Assembly (NCBI GenBank): GCA_043228905.1
Contig: JBHGNT010000006.1
Location: forward strand, 8,866,001 to 8,930,000
Source of the DNA: Azolla caroliniana
Lineage: Eukaryota; Plantae; Polypodiophyta
Direction: 5' to 3'
DNA length: 64,000 bases
Every line of letters begins with the position of its first letter. The first letter of the stretch is position 1. This document shows positions 63,501-64,000 of the stretch, in pieces. The notes under the pieces are model-generated. The model had not been told where the DNA came from and searched no databases. It saw only the letters and a list, made by a program, of their open reading frames with translations. The translations under genes were made by a program, and so were the position numbers.

Positions 63501-64000
63501 CCAACAACAAGGTAGCGGTGGTGCTACTAGATTTTGAGAAAGCATATGACAGGGTATGCTGGAACTTTCTAGAAAGTGTGATGGGGAAATTCAGCTTTCA
63601 AGAGACATGGATCAAAGGCAGTGCAAGACTTTATAGGAATGACAGCAGTTGCGTTTCACTGGCAGGTGAAAGGGGCCCCTTTTTCCGAATATCCTGATCT
63701 GTAAGGCAGGGATGCCCACTAGCTCCATCCTTATTCCTATTATACGCCGAAGCACTCTCTTGCTTTCTCAACTCGCGGCATCTCAACCTGCATGGTCTTC
63801 TCGTACCTCATTCTCACCAAAGCATCCTGGATATAGAATTTGTAGATGACACAACAGTTTACCTGCAAGGGGACTTGGAAAACCTCCAAAAGCTAGAAAG
63901 TGGGCTAGCTGTATTTTGCAAGAGATCCAACACCATGATCAATTGGCACAAATCCTGCACAATATGGCTCTCTCACGAAACACATCTGGCGTGACACCCA
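60530..64000 (+). mobile_element. Degenerate L1 LINE (ORF1 remnant plus ORF2 endonuclease-RT), continues past the window end
   Basis: ORF1 knuckle remnant GQCFAFKKLVHIKKNCP. ORF2 from 61803: ITWNVQGL, GGDFNM, SRIDHIY, FSDHYPV, LDFEKAYDRV, VRQGCPLAP, FVDDT. Many stops. Confidence 0.88.

Overview
Eukaryotic land-plant DNA, probably a fern or another non-seed plant (inferred from the transposon lineages and the dense CT/GA microsatellites). It holds two intact, convergent, spliced host genes: a cationic amino acid transporter (+, 38431-41436, 5 exons, 707 aa) and TCF25/Rqc1 (-, 48985-44724, 4 exons, 668 aa). Most of the rest is transposons. Positions 1625-33054 are one twin-primed, 5'-inverted L1 of about 1.9 kb with a 13-bp TSD, inflated to 31.4 kb by nested insertions up to five levels deep. 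One branch is TIR element > tRNA-Trp-primed non-autonomous gypsy > copia solo LTR > self-priming Tcn1-like chromovirus, with an RTE-X LINE in the gypsy LTR. The other is a copia containing a second copy of its own family, an intact Tork/Tnt1-like copia and a solo LTR. The right side has more solo LTRs, a gypsy with metazoan-like hallmarks (4-bp ATAT TSD, tRNA-Ala-like PBS, GGGAAAC -1 frameshift), a degenerate FLDD-type RT, and an L1 running off the window. The best novelty candidates are the metazoan-like gypsy, a copia family whose pol has a ~235-aa extension between two PPT copies, and a copia flanked by a 222-bp duplication instead of a 5-bp TSD. All alignments and counts were done by eye; lineage names come from recalled motifs, not searches.
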